Assembly: GCA_050294405.1 (NCBI GenBank) | Contig: JBNKOC010000009.1 | Span: 1 to 64,000, forward strand | Length of the DNA: 64,000 nucleotides | From: Fibrobacteria bacterium | GTDB lineage: Bacteria; Fibrobacterota; Fibrobacteria; UBA11236; JADFYW01 | Direction: 5' to 3' | Part shown: one piece after another, positions 19,364-27,822 of the stretch | How the letters are laid out: each line of letters starts with the position of its first letter | Numbering within the stretch: position 1 is the stretch's first letter | Made by a program: the position numbers and the translations under genes | Notes under the pieces: model-generated | Databases searched by the model: none | Seen by the model: the letters and a program-made list of their open reading frames with translations, nothing else | Told to the model about the DNA's origin: nothing

Positions 19364-20347
19364 TTACCGTTCCCTTTCCCTTTTATCCCCGGACCGCAAA
19401 AGGAGAGAAGGGTTGTCCTTAATTATCCTTGAAAAATCTTCCATGTTTTCAGATGTCTCTTTCATGTTTTTCATGCTGGTGGTCAAGTCTTCCTGAATAA
19501 TGTTAATGGTATGAGTCATTTTCCCCGCCAACTCATTGATTTTATCTGCAGCCTTTTGAAAAGAGTCTAAGGTTTTAGCCAAATCGGCGCTACCCACCTG
19601 TTCCTTGGCGCTCACTGCAATATTGTGAAACTCCTCCAGAGTTTCTCCCAATTTTTTACCCGGATTGCGTTTTTGAAACTCCCCGAGAATAACATCCATT
19701 TTATAGGCGACATTTTGGAATTGCTTAACGCTTTTGTTTACATCTTCTGTGAGGTTAACCAATAAATCTGAATTGTCAGCCAGCAGGGTATCAACCCTTT
19801 GGGTAAGGCTGTTAAAAGAAGCTAAACCCTGGCTCACCAAAATCTGATTCCTCTCATCCGTAAAGGTTAAAAGGTTATTCAGCAAAGTTTCAAATTTTAA
19901 GGCAATGGCTTCTGCCTGTCCGGTTAGCATTTTGAGTTGGGATACTCCTTCGGGTATTATGCTTCCCACTGCCAGGTTCTCGGCTTGGTGAGTTCCCCCG
20001 CTAAGCTCAATGGTTTTAATCCCTGTAATACTAAGACCTCCCACTAAATTGGCAACCATATCTTTTTTAATGGGAGTTTTGTGTTTCACGGCAATGCCAA
20101 CTATCACTTTGCGCACATCTTCTAAGTCCACTTCAATTTGGGTAACACGGCCGATATTTACACCATTGAGCTTTACGTTAGCTCCAGGCATTAATCCATC
20201 TACGGACTCGGAAAAGCGAATGGAATACGGATCTGTTTTTGTAACCAAGCGTTTTCCTACCATATAAAAAAGGATGATGGCCAGCAGCCCCACTATAATT
20301 GCAATAAATAAACCCAGGCGGAATTTTTCTCCTTTGGTAATTTGCAT
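19364..20347 (-). CDS. mlaD: MCE/MlaD family protein with long helical extension
   Basis: N-terminal TM, SVDGLMPGANVKLNGVNIGRV MCE motif, coiled coil, NPSLLL end. Confidence 0.88.
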   Translation of the reverse strand: MQITKGEKFRLGLFIAIIVGLLAIILFYMVGKRLVTKTDPYSIRFSESVDGLMPGANVKLNGVNIGRVTQIEVDLEDVRKVIVGIAVKHKTPIKKDMVANLVGGLSITGIKTIELSGGTHQAENLAVGSIIPEGVSQLKMLTGQAEAIALKFETLLNNLLTFTDERNQILVSQGLASFNSLTQRVDTLLADNSDLLVNLTEDVNKSVKQFQNVAYKMDVILGEFQKRNPGKKLGETLEEFHNIAVSAKEQVGSADLAKTLDSFQKAADKINELAGKMTHTINIIQEDLTTSMKNMKETSENMEDFSRIIKDNPSLLLRSGDKRERER

Positions 20348-20353
20348 GTTTTG

Positions 20354-21136
20354 TTAGTCCTTGAAGTTTAAAGTCAGGGGCCTAAAATTTACATCCTCAG
20401 GGGCAGCTTCACGGGCAAAAAATTTGCGCACCTCTTCAGGCCCATTTTCTATGGCGTCTTGGAGTCCTCCGTCAAAAATTACTAATCCTCCCGATAAAAA
20501 TATCAATTTGTCGCAAATGGTCCGTATGGAATCCAACTCATGGGTAACAATGATAACGGAAAGGCCTAATTTTTCTTTTAATTCTAACAAAAGTTCATCT
20601 AAACTTTTTGAAGTGAGCGGATCTAAACCTGCAGAAGGTTCGTCGCAAAATAACAATTTGGGATCAGTAATAATGGCTCTGGCCAGGGCAGCTCTTTTTT
20701 TCATGCCTCCACTTAACTCAGAGGGAAACTTATTATAAGCATGTTCCATGTGGACCAGGTGCAGCTTGTTTTCCACTAATTCTTTCACTAAGCTATCTGG
20801 AAGAGCAGGGTTGTGGATTTTCAAGGGAAGGGCAATATTTTCAGCCACTGTCATAGAGCTCATTAGGGCAGAGCCCTGGAACAAAACTCCCATTTCCCTT
20901 CTAATATTTTGGGGAATCCCTTCCTCCCTAAAATTTATTTTTTGTCCAAGGATATTAACTTCTCCCCCAAGAGGCGTTTCTAAACCGATAATATTATTGA
21001 GAAGGGTGGATTTCCCGCATCCACTTCCACCCAGAATAACCCGTATTTCACCTGGTTCAACATTTAAACTTACATCCTTTAGGATGATAAAATCATTGTA
21101 CCCGGCTTGTAGGTTTCGAACTTCCAGTAAATTCAT
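20354..21136 (-). CDS. mlaF: MlaF-type ABC ATPase
   Basis: GGSGCGKS, LFQGSAL, LSGGMKKRAALARA, DEPSAGLDP; ATG at 21136 overlaps the mlaE stop. Confidence 0.9.
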   Translation of the reverse strand: MNLLEVRNLQAGYNDFIILKDVSLNVEPGEIRVILGGSGCGKSTLLNNIIGLETPLGGEVNILGQKINFREEGIPQNIRREMGVLFQGSALMSSMTVAENIALPLKIHNPALPDSLVKELVENKLHLVHMEHAYNKFPSELSGGMKKRAALARAIITDPKLLFCDEPSAGLDPLTSKSLDELLLELKEKLGLSVIIVTHELDSIRTICDKLIFLSGGLVIFDGGLQDAIENGPEEVRKFFAREAAPEDVNFRPLTLNFKD

Positions 21137-22209
21137 TAGAAATAGTATATGAAAGAAAAAACTGCATCTGCCATGATAATGCAAAATATACAGGCCACTA
21201 CGCAAGAGGTAGTGGCTTTACCCACAGCATCGGCACCTCCGCGCACATTAAGGCCTTTGTAAATGGCAATTAGACAAATAATCCAGGCAAAACACAAAAC
21301 CTTAATAAGACTTTGCCAGATCATAGTTACAGTTACCGCGCTGCCTAATTCCGCCAGGAACAGATCTGTGGGGATATCCAAATAAAAAAAGCTCACTAAA
21401 AAACCAGCAAATATTCCAATAAGCGCGGAGCCTATAGTTAAAAGTGGTAGAGTTAAAGTCATAGCCCAAATTCGGGGAAGCAAAATAAAATGGATAGGGT
21501 TAATAGCCATAGACTTTAAGGCCTTGAGTTCTTCCTGAACTACCATAGTAGATATTTCTGCGGTAATCGCGCTGCCCGAACGTCCGGCGATAATGACTGC
21601 TGTCATCATGGGGCCAATTTCTGTAACCATGGAAATTCCTATTCCACTGGCTAAATATATACTGGCTCCAAATTGCTCCAATTGAACTGCCGATTGAATA
21701 GCCAATGTGAGGCCAATTAAAAAAGAAAGCAACAATACAATACCAAGGGCGGAACTCCCTAGACTTACCATTTGCCCCAGAGTAGAACCTTTGAGTATGG
21801 TTTTCTTTTTAAAGACACCCACAGAGGACCAATACACAAACTCTGCAAACAAATGTATCACATATAAAACGCCTTGATAGAGCTCAAGGGCAGCCGTGCC
21901 TACATTGGTAAAATGATTTGGCTTTGCCGGGGCGCTTTGAGGAGCTTTTTGGGATTTGGAAAGGTTTTGTAAACTTTTTTTGGCCTCTTGAGGTACGGCT
22001 ACTAATAACAATTCATTTTTGCTTTCTTCAGACAACTGGCTGAGTTCTTTTATAAAGGCGCTGGTGAGGGAGTTTATTTGTTTTAACTTGCCGCAGTTTA
22101 TAATAACATTTCCAGCTCTCAATTTTTTAATTAAGGTAGAATGGTTTTTTTCAAACCAATCGCTGGTCATTAATTCCGGGAGTTCTATTTCAAAAGCAGA
22201 GGCAGCCAT
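21136..22209 (-). CDS. mlaE: MlaE permease with N-terminal STAS-like domain
   Basis: EIGPMMTAVIIAGRSGSAITAEI, LPRI, GGADAVGKATT; about 100 extra N-terminal residues; ATG at 22209. Confidence 0.88.
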   Translation of the reverse strand: MAASAFEIELPELMTSDWFEKNHSTLIKKLRAGNVIINCGKLKQINSLTSAFIKELSQLSEESKNELLLVAVPQEAKKSLQNLSKSQKAPQSAPAKPNHFTNVGTAALELYQGVLYVIHLFAEFVYWSSVGVFKKKTILKGSTLGQMVSLGSSALGIVLLLSFLIGLTLAIQSAVQLEQFGASIYLASGIGISMVTEIGPMMTAVIIAGRSGSAITAEISTMVVQEELKALKSMAINPIHFILLPRIWAMTLTLPLLTIGSALIGIFAGFLVSFFYLDIPTDLFLAELGSAVTVTMIWQSLIKVLCFAWIICLIAIYKGLNVRGGADAVGKATTSCVVACIFCIIMADAVFSFIYYF

Positions 22210-22419
22210 ATAAATTAATTGCAATTAATATAGGGAATTTATTCCTATGGAAACAAAAAAATTGAATTTTGAATAGGTCCATGAATTTAAACCGTTTGGA
22301 AATTAGATTTTAGGATAAATGTTTGGGGCTTCCCAAGTGTTTTTAATCTTGAATTGGTGTAGCAGGAGCCAGGTTTTATTTTTTCTCATATAATTAGAAG
22401 TGGGCTGGTTTTAACAGCA

Positions 22420-23796
22420 TTGGCCTTGGCTGTTGGTTTTGCACAGAAAAAACTGGTTTTAAATATCAGCCAATTTGAAAAAAATATTTTCGCTTCAAAT
22501 CCTATTTTGCAGGAAAAAGAGCTTCGGGTTGAAAAGGAAAGAATCGCTTTGCGCTCTTTGGAAATGGCAGCCATTTTGCCCAAGTTCCAATTGGAGGCTG
22601 CCGGAGGCCCTGCGCCGGGTATAGCCTTAACCAGTGACACCAATTACATCCAGACCCCGCAGGGAATAGATAATAACATCTGGATTTTGAATTCTTCCCG
22701 GGACTTTGATTTATCCAGCTGGGGCCCCTTTTTTGGTTTGGAGTTAACGGCCGCCCAGCCACTAAATGTTTATCGCTACCGCATGGGGCATAAAGCGCAG
22801 GAACTGAATATTCAAGTGGAGCAGGCTAATCAGCTTAAAGAACGAATACAGGTCTCCAGAGAAGCTCAGGAAATTTATTGGGGTTATCTGCTGGCTAAAT
22901 CTTTAGTTAAAGAAGTGCGACAGGCCGAAAAAGATTTTAACGATGCTGAGGAAAAGGTAGAGGAAATGTTGGATGAAGAGGTGGAGGGCGTGCAGCAAAA
23001 AGATTTGCTCAAACTCAAAGCCTCCCGCTTTTCTTTAGAAAAAGGAAAAAACGAAGCTGAAACAGGCTTAAAAAGAGCTCGCTTGGGCACTCGCTTTTAT
23101 TTGTCACTGCCTGATTCTGTGGAATTTGAACCAGCGGATAGTGTTTTTATCCCGATTTTGGAAAATATTCCGCCTCTGGACAGTTTTAAAATCTGGACTC
23201 TGGAAAATCACCCGGATTTGGAACGCCTGGACCGGGGGCTTGAGGCCAGAAGGCTGTTGGTGGAGGTAGCTCGTGGGGAAATGGGGCCGGATATCTTTAT
23301 TTTCGGCAGTTTCAAATACACCAAAGCTTGGTCCTCACAACGACAAAGCGCCGGTGGAGATGCCTTTACTAATGACCCCTTAAACGATTTGGATGGGGTA
23401 GCTGGTTTGGGAATTCGCATGAATCTTAATTTTTGGTCCAAATACCAAAAATATCGCAAAAATAAGCTGGAATTAGAGCAATTAAAGCGCACCGAAGTGT
23501 ACGCAGCCAAGGGTTTGCTTTTGCGTGTTGAAGAGGCGTATATTGAATTTTTAGCCCAAAAAGCGAATTTAAAAGCCGCTGAGTCTTCTTTAAGAGCAGC
23601 CGAAGCCTGGCTTAAGGGGGCTGCTATCAATTATGATGTGGATCCTTCCTTAGCTATGGAAATGGTGGCCCCTTATAAAGAGACTTTAGAGGCTAAAAGA
23701 AACTATTTTCAAGGAATTTATGATTACAATATGGCATTGGGCAAATTAATTAACTCCGTTGGCTGGACCTTATCCAGATATCTTGATAATTTATAA
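22420..23796 (+). CDS. TolC-family outer membrane efflux protein
   Basis: Two OEP-like helical repeats (NP..., HPDL..., YDYNMALGKLINSVG); true start may be slightly upstream. Confidence 0.8.
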   Translation: MALAVGFAQKKLVLNISQFEKNIFASNPILQEKELRVEKERIALRSLEMAAILPKFQLEAAGGPAPGIALTSDTNYIQTPQGIDNNIWILNSSRDFDLSSWGPFFGLELTAAQPLNVYRYRMGHKAQELNIQVEQANQLKERIQVSREAQEIYWGYLLAKSLVKEVRQAEKDFNDAEEKVEEMLDEEVEGVQQKDLLKLKASRFSLEKGKNEAETGLKRARLGTRFYLSLPDSVEFEPADSVFIPILENIPPLDSFKIWTLENHPDLERLDRGLEARRLLVEVARGEMGPDIFIFGSFKYTKAWSSQRQSAGGDAFTNDPLNDLDGVAGLGIRMNLNFWSKYQKYRKNKLELEQLKRTEVYAAKGLLLRVEEAYIEFLAQKANLKAAESSLRAAEAWLKGAAINYDVDPSLAMEMVAPYKETLEAKRNYFQGIYDYNMALGKLINSVGWTLSRYLDNL

Positions 23797-23841
23797 GTTG
23801 ATTTTCGAACTCATGCCACCAAAATAAAGGACTGAATTGCT

Positions 23842-24447
23842 ATGGTAAAACAGATAATTTTTTGTTTAGGTTTTTGTCTTGTACTGAGTTTTGGTGGGGT
23901 GGATCCTGTGGTTGAAATTAAAGCCAAGGATAAAGAGCTACAGGCTCTGCTAAAAAAGAAATCCACAGATAGCTCCCATTCTCAAAAAGAAAAAATTAAA
24001 GAACTCATAAACGGCATTTTTATTTTTGAAGAACTAGGCCGAAAATCTTTGGGCAGCAAAACCTATAAAGAACTTCCCGAAGAAAAACAAAAACAGTTTA
24101 CCACAGCTTTTAAAGAAATGGTGGAAAACTCCTCTTTAAAAAGGCTGGAAGTTTACCGCTCCGATTCTGCCAATTACGAGGCCACCAAGTTTAATTCTGA
24201 CAGCACTAAGGCTACTGTAGTAGCTCATTCCTTTTTAGACAATCGTGAGTCTGTGTTGGAATACAAACTAATGTTAGTAGATGGAAAGTGGAAAGCATGG
24301 GATTTGGTGATTGATGATCTCAGCACCTATCGCCAATATAAAGAGCAGTTCTCCAGAATTCTCAAAAAGAAAACTATTGATGACCTAATTAAAATTCTGG
24401 AAGACAAAGTTAAAGAATTGTCCAAGGATGATAAATCCGACGAATAA
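23842..24447 (+). CDS. mlaC: MlaC/Ttg2D-family periplasmic lipid shuttle
   Basis: Signal peptide, FEELGRKSLG, YKL...WKAWDLVIDDLS...YKEQF. Confidence 0.85.
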   Translation: MVKQIIFCLGFCLVLSFGGVDPVVEIKAKDKELQALLKKKSTDSSHSQKEKIKELINGIFIFEELGRKSLGSKTYKELPEEKQKQFTTAFKEMVENSSLKRLEVYRSDSANYEATKFNSDSTKATVVAHSFLDNRESVLEYKLMLVDGKWKAWDLVIDDLSTYRQYKEQFSRILKKKTIDDLIKILEDKVKELSKDDKSDE

Positions 24448-25042
24448 CATAGGGGATATTTTCTCAAACCCCTGGGTTTTAGGACCCTTTCTTCTAATTT
24501 TCACTCTCTACCTCTTGGCTTTTTTAACCCGGGCTAAGTGGAGTCTGGTTTTTTTAGAACTGGGCTTGTTGGAAATTAATATTCGCCCCTTTTTTTTTCC
24601 TAAAAACTTTAAATGGGAAATAAACCTCTTAAAAAAAATTGGCGAGTCCAGTGATAAAAAAAAACCTTCAAAAAAATCTAAGAAGGCAAAGAAAAAAAAG
24701 ACAGCGGCAAAAAAGAAATCAAAAAAAAACTTCTCCTTTATTAAGCTGCTAGCTTTTAGCTTTTGGAGAACCCATAGGTTGTGGCTAAAAATGATTCAGA
24801 TTCGAAAATTGTGTTGGAGTCACGGGGACGTGGAAACCTTTGGAAAAGGCTGTGCGATTCTCAGTGGTTTAAAGGGAACAAAAATTTTGCAGTCCACCCA
24901 ATTGGATTTTGATTTCGATTGGGCTAAAAACAACCCTGTGGTGAAATTAGAGGGAATGGCCTATTTCGGGCTCTTTTTTTTAGCCATATTTTTATTTTTA
25001 ATGCAATTTTTCCGGTACAAGTTTATTAATTTCAGCCTATGA
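24428..25042 (+). CDS. Hypothetical membrane protein with Lys-rich linker
   Basis: N- and C-terminal hydrophobic segments; overlaps both neighbours, consistent with an operon. Confidence 0.55.
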   Translation: MINPTNNIGDIFSNPWVLGPFLLIFTLYLLAFLTRAKWSLVFLELGLLEINIRPFFFPKNFKWEINLLKKIGESSDKKKPSKKSKKAKKKKTAAKKKSKKNFSFIKLLAFSFWRTHRLWLKMIQIRKLCWSHGDVETFGKGCAILSGLKGTKILQSTQLDFDFDWAKNNPVVKLEGMAYFGLFFLAIFLFLMQFFRYKFINFSL

Positions 25043-25335
25043 GTTTTATTAAAAAAGAAGGAAAAGAGTCCTCCATTTGGGACTGGGTATTGCTGGTTGT
25101 TATTGTGGTTGGTGGAGCTGGTTTTTGGTTTTATTATTCAAGTCAAAAAAAATCCACCATCAATGGATTTGATATTGCCGATAGTCTTTTTCAGTCAGGG
25201 CAATACAAACAGTCTTTAGAAAAATACAACGAGTTGAGATATTCTGATTATCTGGAGCCACATCACGATAGCATCCTTTCCATGCGTCTGGATACTTTGC
25301 AAATTATTTTAGAAGATAAGCGTAAGAAAGATTAA
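25039..25335 (+). CDS. Small single-pass membrane protein (TPR-like helix)
   Basis: ATGA overlap with upstream gene, TM segment, ADSLFQSGQYKQSLEKY. Confidence 0.65.
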   Translation: MSFIKKEGKESSIWDWVLLVVIVVGGAGFWFYYSSQKKSTINGFDIADSLFQSGQYKQSLEKYNELRYSDYLEPHHDSILSMRLDTLQIILEDKRKKD

Positions 25336-25373
25336 AGGGCAGCTCTAAAAATTGGTCGTCGCTTCACGTATGA

Positions 25374-25445
25374 CAAACCTTTGATGCGGAACGCGACTCT
25401 ATCTGCCTTTAGCGTAGCGCGTAGTTTCAATTTTTTTTGTTAGGT
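25374..25445 (-). other. attC-like integron recombination site
   Basis: Minus strand after the ORF stop: R'' ACCTAAC, imperfect palindrome (ACAAA/TTTGT, TTGA/TCAA, ACGCG/CGCGT) ending ...GGTTTG; R'' is complementary to the GTTAGGT core at the cassette start (25707-25713). Confidence 0.65.
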
Positions 25446-25463
25446 GATGTAAAGTTTTTAACT

Positions 25464-25679
25464 CTATATTGGTAGGTTCCCTAAAAACATTAGTAGCCCT
25501 ATTGACCAAGCCATAAAACCTATAAACATAATGTATGGTATTACTTTCCTATCTATTAATTTTGTGGGGTCACTATTCGTACTAATTATTCGCCTCATTT
25601 TTATAGCTAATGGTACCAAAATTGAAACGCTTAGTATCAACAAAATTATTGACATTCCAAATGAATTTATAAGTTCCAT
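25464..25679 (-). CDS. Cassette-borne small membrane protein (two TM helices)
   Basis: 71-aa AT-rich ORF between a GTTAGGT core and an attC-like site. Confidence 0.7.
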   Translation of the reverse strand: MELINSFGMSIILLILSVSILVPLAIKMRRIISTNSDPTKLIDRKVIPYIMFIGFMAWSIGLLMFLGNLPI

Positions 25680-25806
25680 GATTTTATTTTAAAAAAAGAT
25701 TATTTCACCTAACTCCTTCAAACTCGACAAGACTATTCACAAGAACCCTCGGTTCATCATCGTGCGCCTCGCTCACAACCACGAACATCAATTTTTAGGG
25801 TTGCCC

Positions 25807-26247
25807 TCAATTCAGTTGTTGATAAAGAGATATTTCCCGGCTGTTTTCATCTAAACGTGTGATTTCAATCCAGTAATTAAAAGACTCAAAATAGCCTTCC
25901 ATTTTTTCGGCCCATTCCACCAAACAGATTTTATCTCCGTTGAGATAATGATCTATTCCAATTTCATCCCAATCAGGATTTTGAGGAACTCTATACAAGT
26001 CCAAATGAATTAGGGGAGGGTTCATGGGGTATTCCTGAACCAGAGAATAGGTGGGCGAGGTGACTTCTCCTTCATAGCCCAGGGACTTACAAATAGCTTT
26101 GGATATAACCGTTTTACCTGTTCCTAAATTTCCAGTTAGGGCAATGCAATCCCCTACGGCCAGACTTTTTCCAAAGGAATGGGCAAAGTCCATAGTTTGA
26201 GACTCATTATTAGAAACCAACTTTTGTATAAGTTTTTTAGCAGACAT
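25807..26247 (-). CDS. tsaE: tRNA threonylcarbamoyladenosine biosynthesis ATPase TsaE
   Basis: GNLGTGKT, VTSPTYSLVQEY, HLDLYR, LVEWAE. Confidence 0.95.
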   Translation of the reverse strand: MSAKKLIQKLVSNNESQTMDFAHSFGKSLAVGDCIALTGNLGTGKTVISKAICKSLGYEGEVTSPTYSLVQEYPMNPPLIHLDLYRVPQNPDWDEIGIDHYLNGDKICLVEWAEKMEGYFESFNYWIEITRLDENSREISLYQQLN

Positions 26248-26259
26248 TTTTGAAACCTG

Positions 26260-27822
26260 TTAGCCCTTAGGGCCAAGACTTATAAATGGAACGAGTAATT
26301 CTTCCATAGATATACCACCACTTGCCATTTGACCTTTAAACTTGGAACCAAAATATTGGTACTTATTGGGATAAGTGAAATAAAAGTTTTCTTTGGCAAT
26401 AGCATATCCAAAATCCGCGTCTTCACTGGGCAGACCGAAAATAGAAGGAGATTCGATAAAAAACACATGGCGCTCGTCGCAGGAAATGCCTTTCCCCTTT
26501 TTAACCCGGGGATGTGGGGTTTTTTCTTCCTGACAAAATACTTCTACAGGTTGGTCCACTAAAACTGAACCGTGATCGGATGCTAAAAACACATGACGTC
26601 CGCTGGCGGAAAAGTGCCTTAAAATTTTAAGCAAGTTGGAACCCTGAAACCAAATACGAGTCAATTCCTTATAGCCTCCTTCATTGGGGGCGATTTCCAT
26701 TAACAAAGAGCTTTCCTGGCGAAGGTTAGCTAAGAGGTCTGCAAACTCCACTACCAAGGTTAGAAAGGGAGAACTGTCGTGGTCCTCTAAATTTTTTAAA
26801 ACCTGGTCAGAGTCTTTCATGGATTGGATGTAAAACACCGAGGGGTCAATGGAAGGGTCTAACCCATTTTTTTCCATGTTAATTTTTAGCAGTTCTTTTT
26901 CATGGTCCCGGTACACTTCTTCTTCTTCCAATTTTTTCCAAAGCTCAGGGTATTCCAACGATACTTTATTGGGAACCATGCCAGAAAACAAAGCGGTGCG
27001 GCAATACAGCCTATCCGAAGGCAACATAGTCCAGGCTATTTTTTCTTCGATGCCAAAATAAGGCTCTAGAAAATCTCTGATAGTCAACCATTGATCCCAG
27101 CGAAAACCGGTCATTACCAAAAGGCAGGCTTTATTATTTTCTTTTAAAACAGGAAAGAGATTTTCCTGAAGCTGCTTGTTAATAAGAAATGGATTCTTGC
27201 CCCGGCCTCCAAACCAGCTCAGATAATTGTCTTCAATAAAATGAATAAACTTTTTAGACACTTCTTTTTTGTGGTTTTCATGAGTAGCATCCAAACCCTG
27301 ATCTTTTAAGGTTGGCAGGTTTGAATCCCAACGACAAAGAGATGCGAACAGGCTGGACCAATCTTTTGGAGTTTGGTTGGTCATAAAACGCGCTTTGTAA
27401 GCGGCGTATTCCTGAACATATTCCGAAGTGATATGGGTTTTTCGAATAGTCTTTGAGTGTAAAATGCGTTTGCAAACAGAAAGGATTTGGGAAGGATTCA
27501 CGGGCTTGGTTAAATAGCCATCAATATTGCGTCCAAAAGCCTCTTCCATGAGCTGCTCTTCTTCGCTTTTGGTCACCATAACCACTGGAAGCTGGGAGTT
27601 GTATTGTTTGATTTCTTCCAAAGTGGTGAGGCCGTCTTTCCCCGGCATTTGCTCGTCCAGAAAGACCAAATCAAAATCTTTTTCACGAACCATTACCAAA
27701 GCATCATCGCCGTTATTGGCTTTGGACACTTCGTAATTGTGTTCTTCTAAAAAAAGAATGTGAGCTCTGAGATATTCAATCTCATCATCCACCCACAGAA
27801 TTTGCTTTCTTCCACTCATCAT
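26260..27822 (-). CDS. PorX-like response regulator (receiver + PglZ/alkaline-phosphatase-like domain)
   Basis: ILWVDDEI, FLDEQMPG, VMVTKSEEE, YLTKPVNPSQI receiver; C-terminal SDHG, YPNKY, GGISMEELLVP; directly upstream of tsaE. Confidence 0.85.
   Translation of the reverse strand: MMSGRKQILWVDDEIEYLRAHILFLEEHNYEVSKANNGDDALVMVREKDFDLVFLDEQMPGKDGLTTLEEIKQYNSQLPVVMVTKSEEEQLMEEAFGRNIDGYLTKPVNPSQILSVCKRILHSKTIRKTHITSEYVQEYAAYKARFMTNQTPKDWSSLFASLCRWDSNLPTLKDQGLDATHENHKKEVSKKFIHFIEDNYLSWFGGRGKNPFLINKQLQENLFPVLKENNKACLLVMTGFRWDQWLTIRDFLEPYFGIEEKIAWTMLPSDRLYCRTALFSGMVPNKVSLEYPELWKKLEEEEVYRDHEKELLKINMEKNGLDPSIDPSVFYIQSMKDSDQVLKNLEDHDSSPFLTLVVEFADLLANLRQESSLLMEIAPNEGGYKELTRIWFQGSNLLKILRHFSASGRHVFLASDHGSVLVDQPVEVFCQEEKTPHPRVKKGKGISCDERHVFFIESPSIFGLPSEDADFGYAIAKENFYFTYPNKYQYFGSKFKGQMASGGISMEELLVPFISLGPKG

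Larger units (their letters stand above)
25337..25806. mobile_element. Non-autonomous TIR element (MITE-like), copy 2, carrying a gene cassette
   Basis: GGGCAGCTCTAAAAATTGGTCGTCGCTT ... CCTCGGTTCATCATCGTGCGCCTCGCTCACAACCACGAACATCAATTTTTAGGGTTGCCC; ends nearly identical to copy 1; flanks TAAA/TCAA. Confidence 0.85.

Noticed and set aside
26260..27822. BREX phage defence because of the PglZ-like domain
   Set aside because: The domain is fused to a receiver in PorX fashion, and no brxC, pglX or brxL is nearby.
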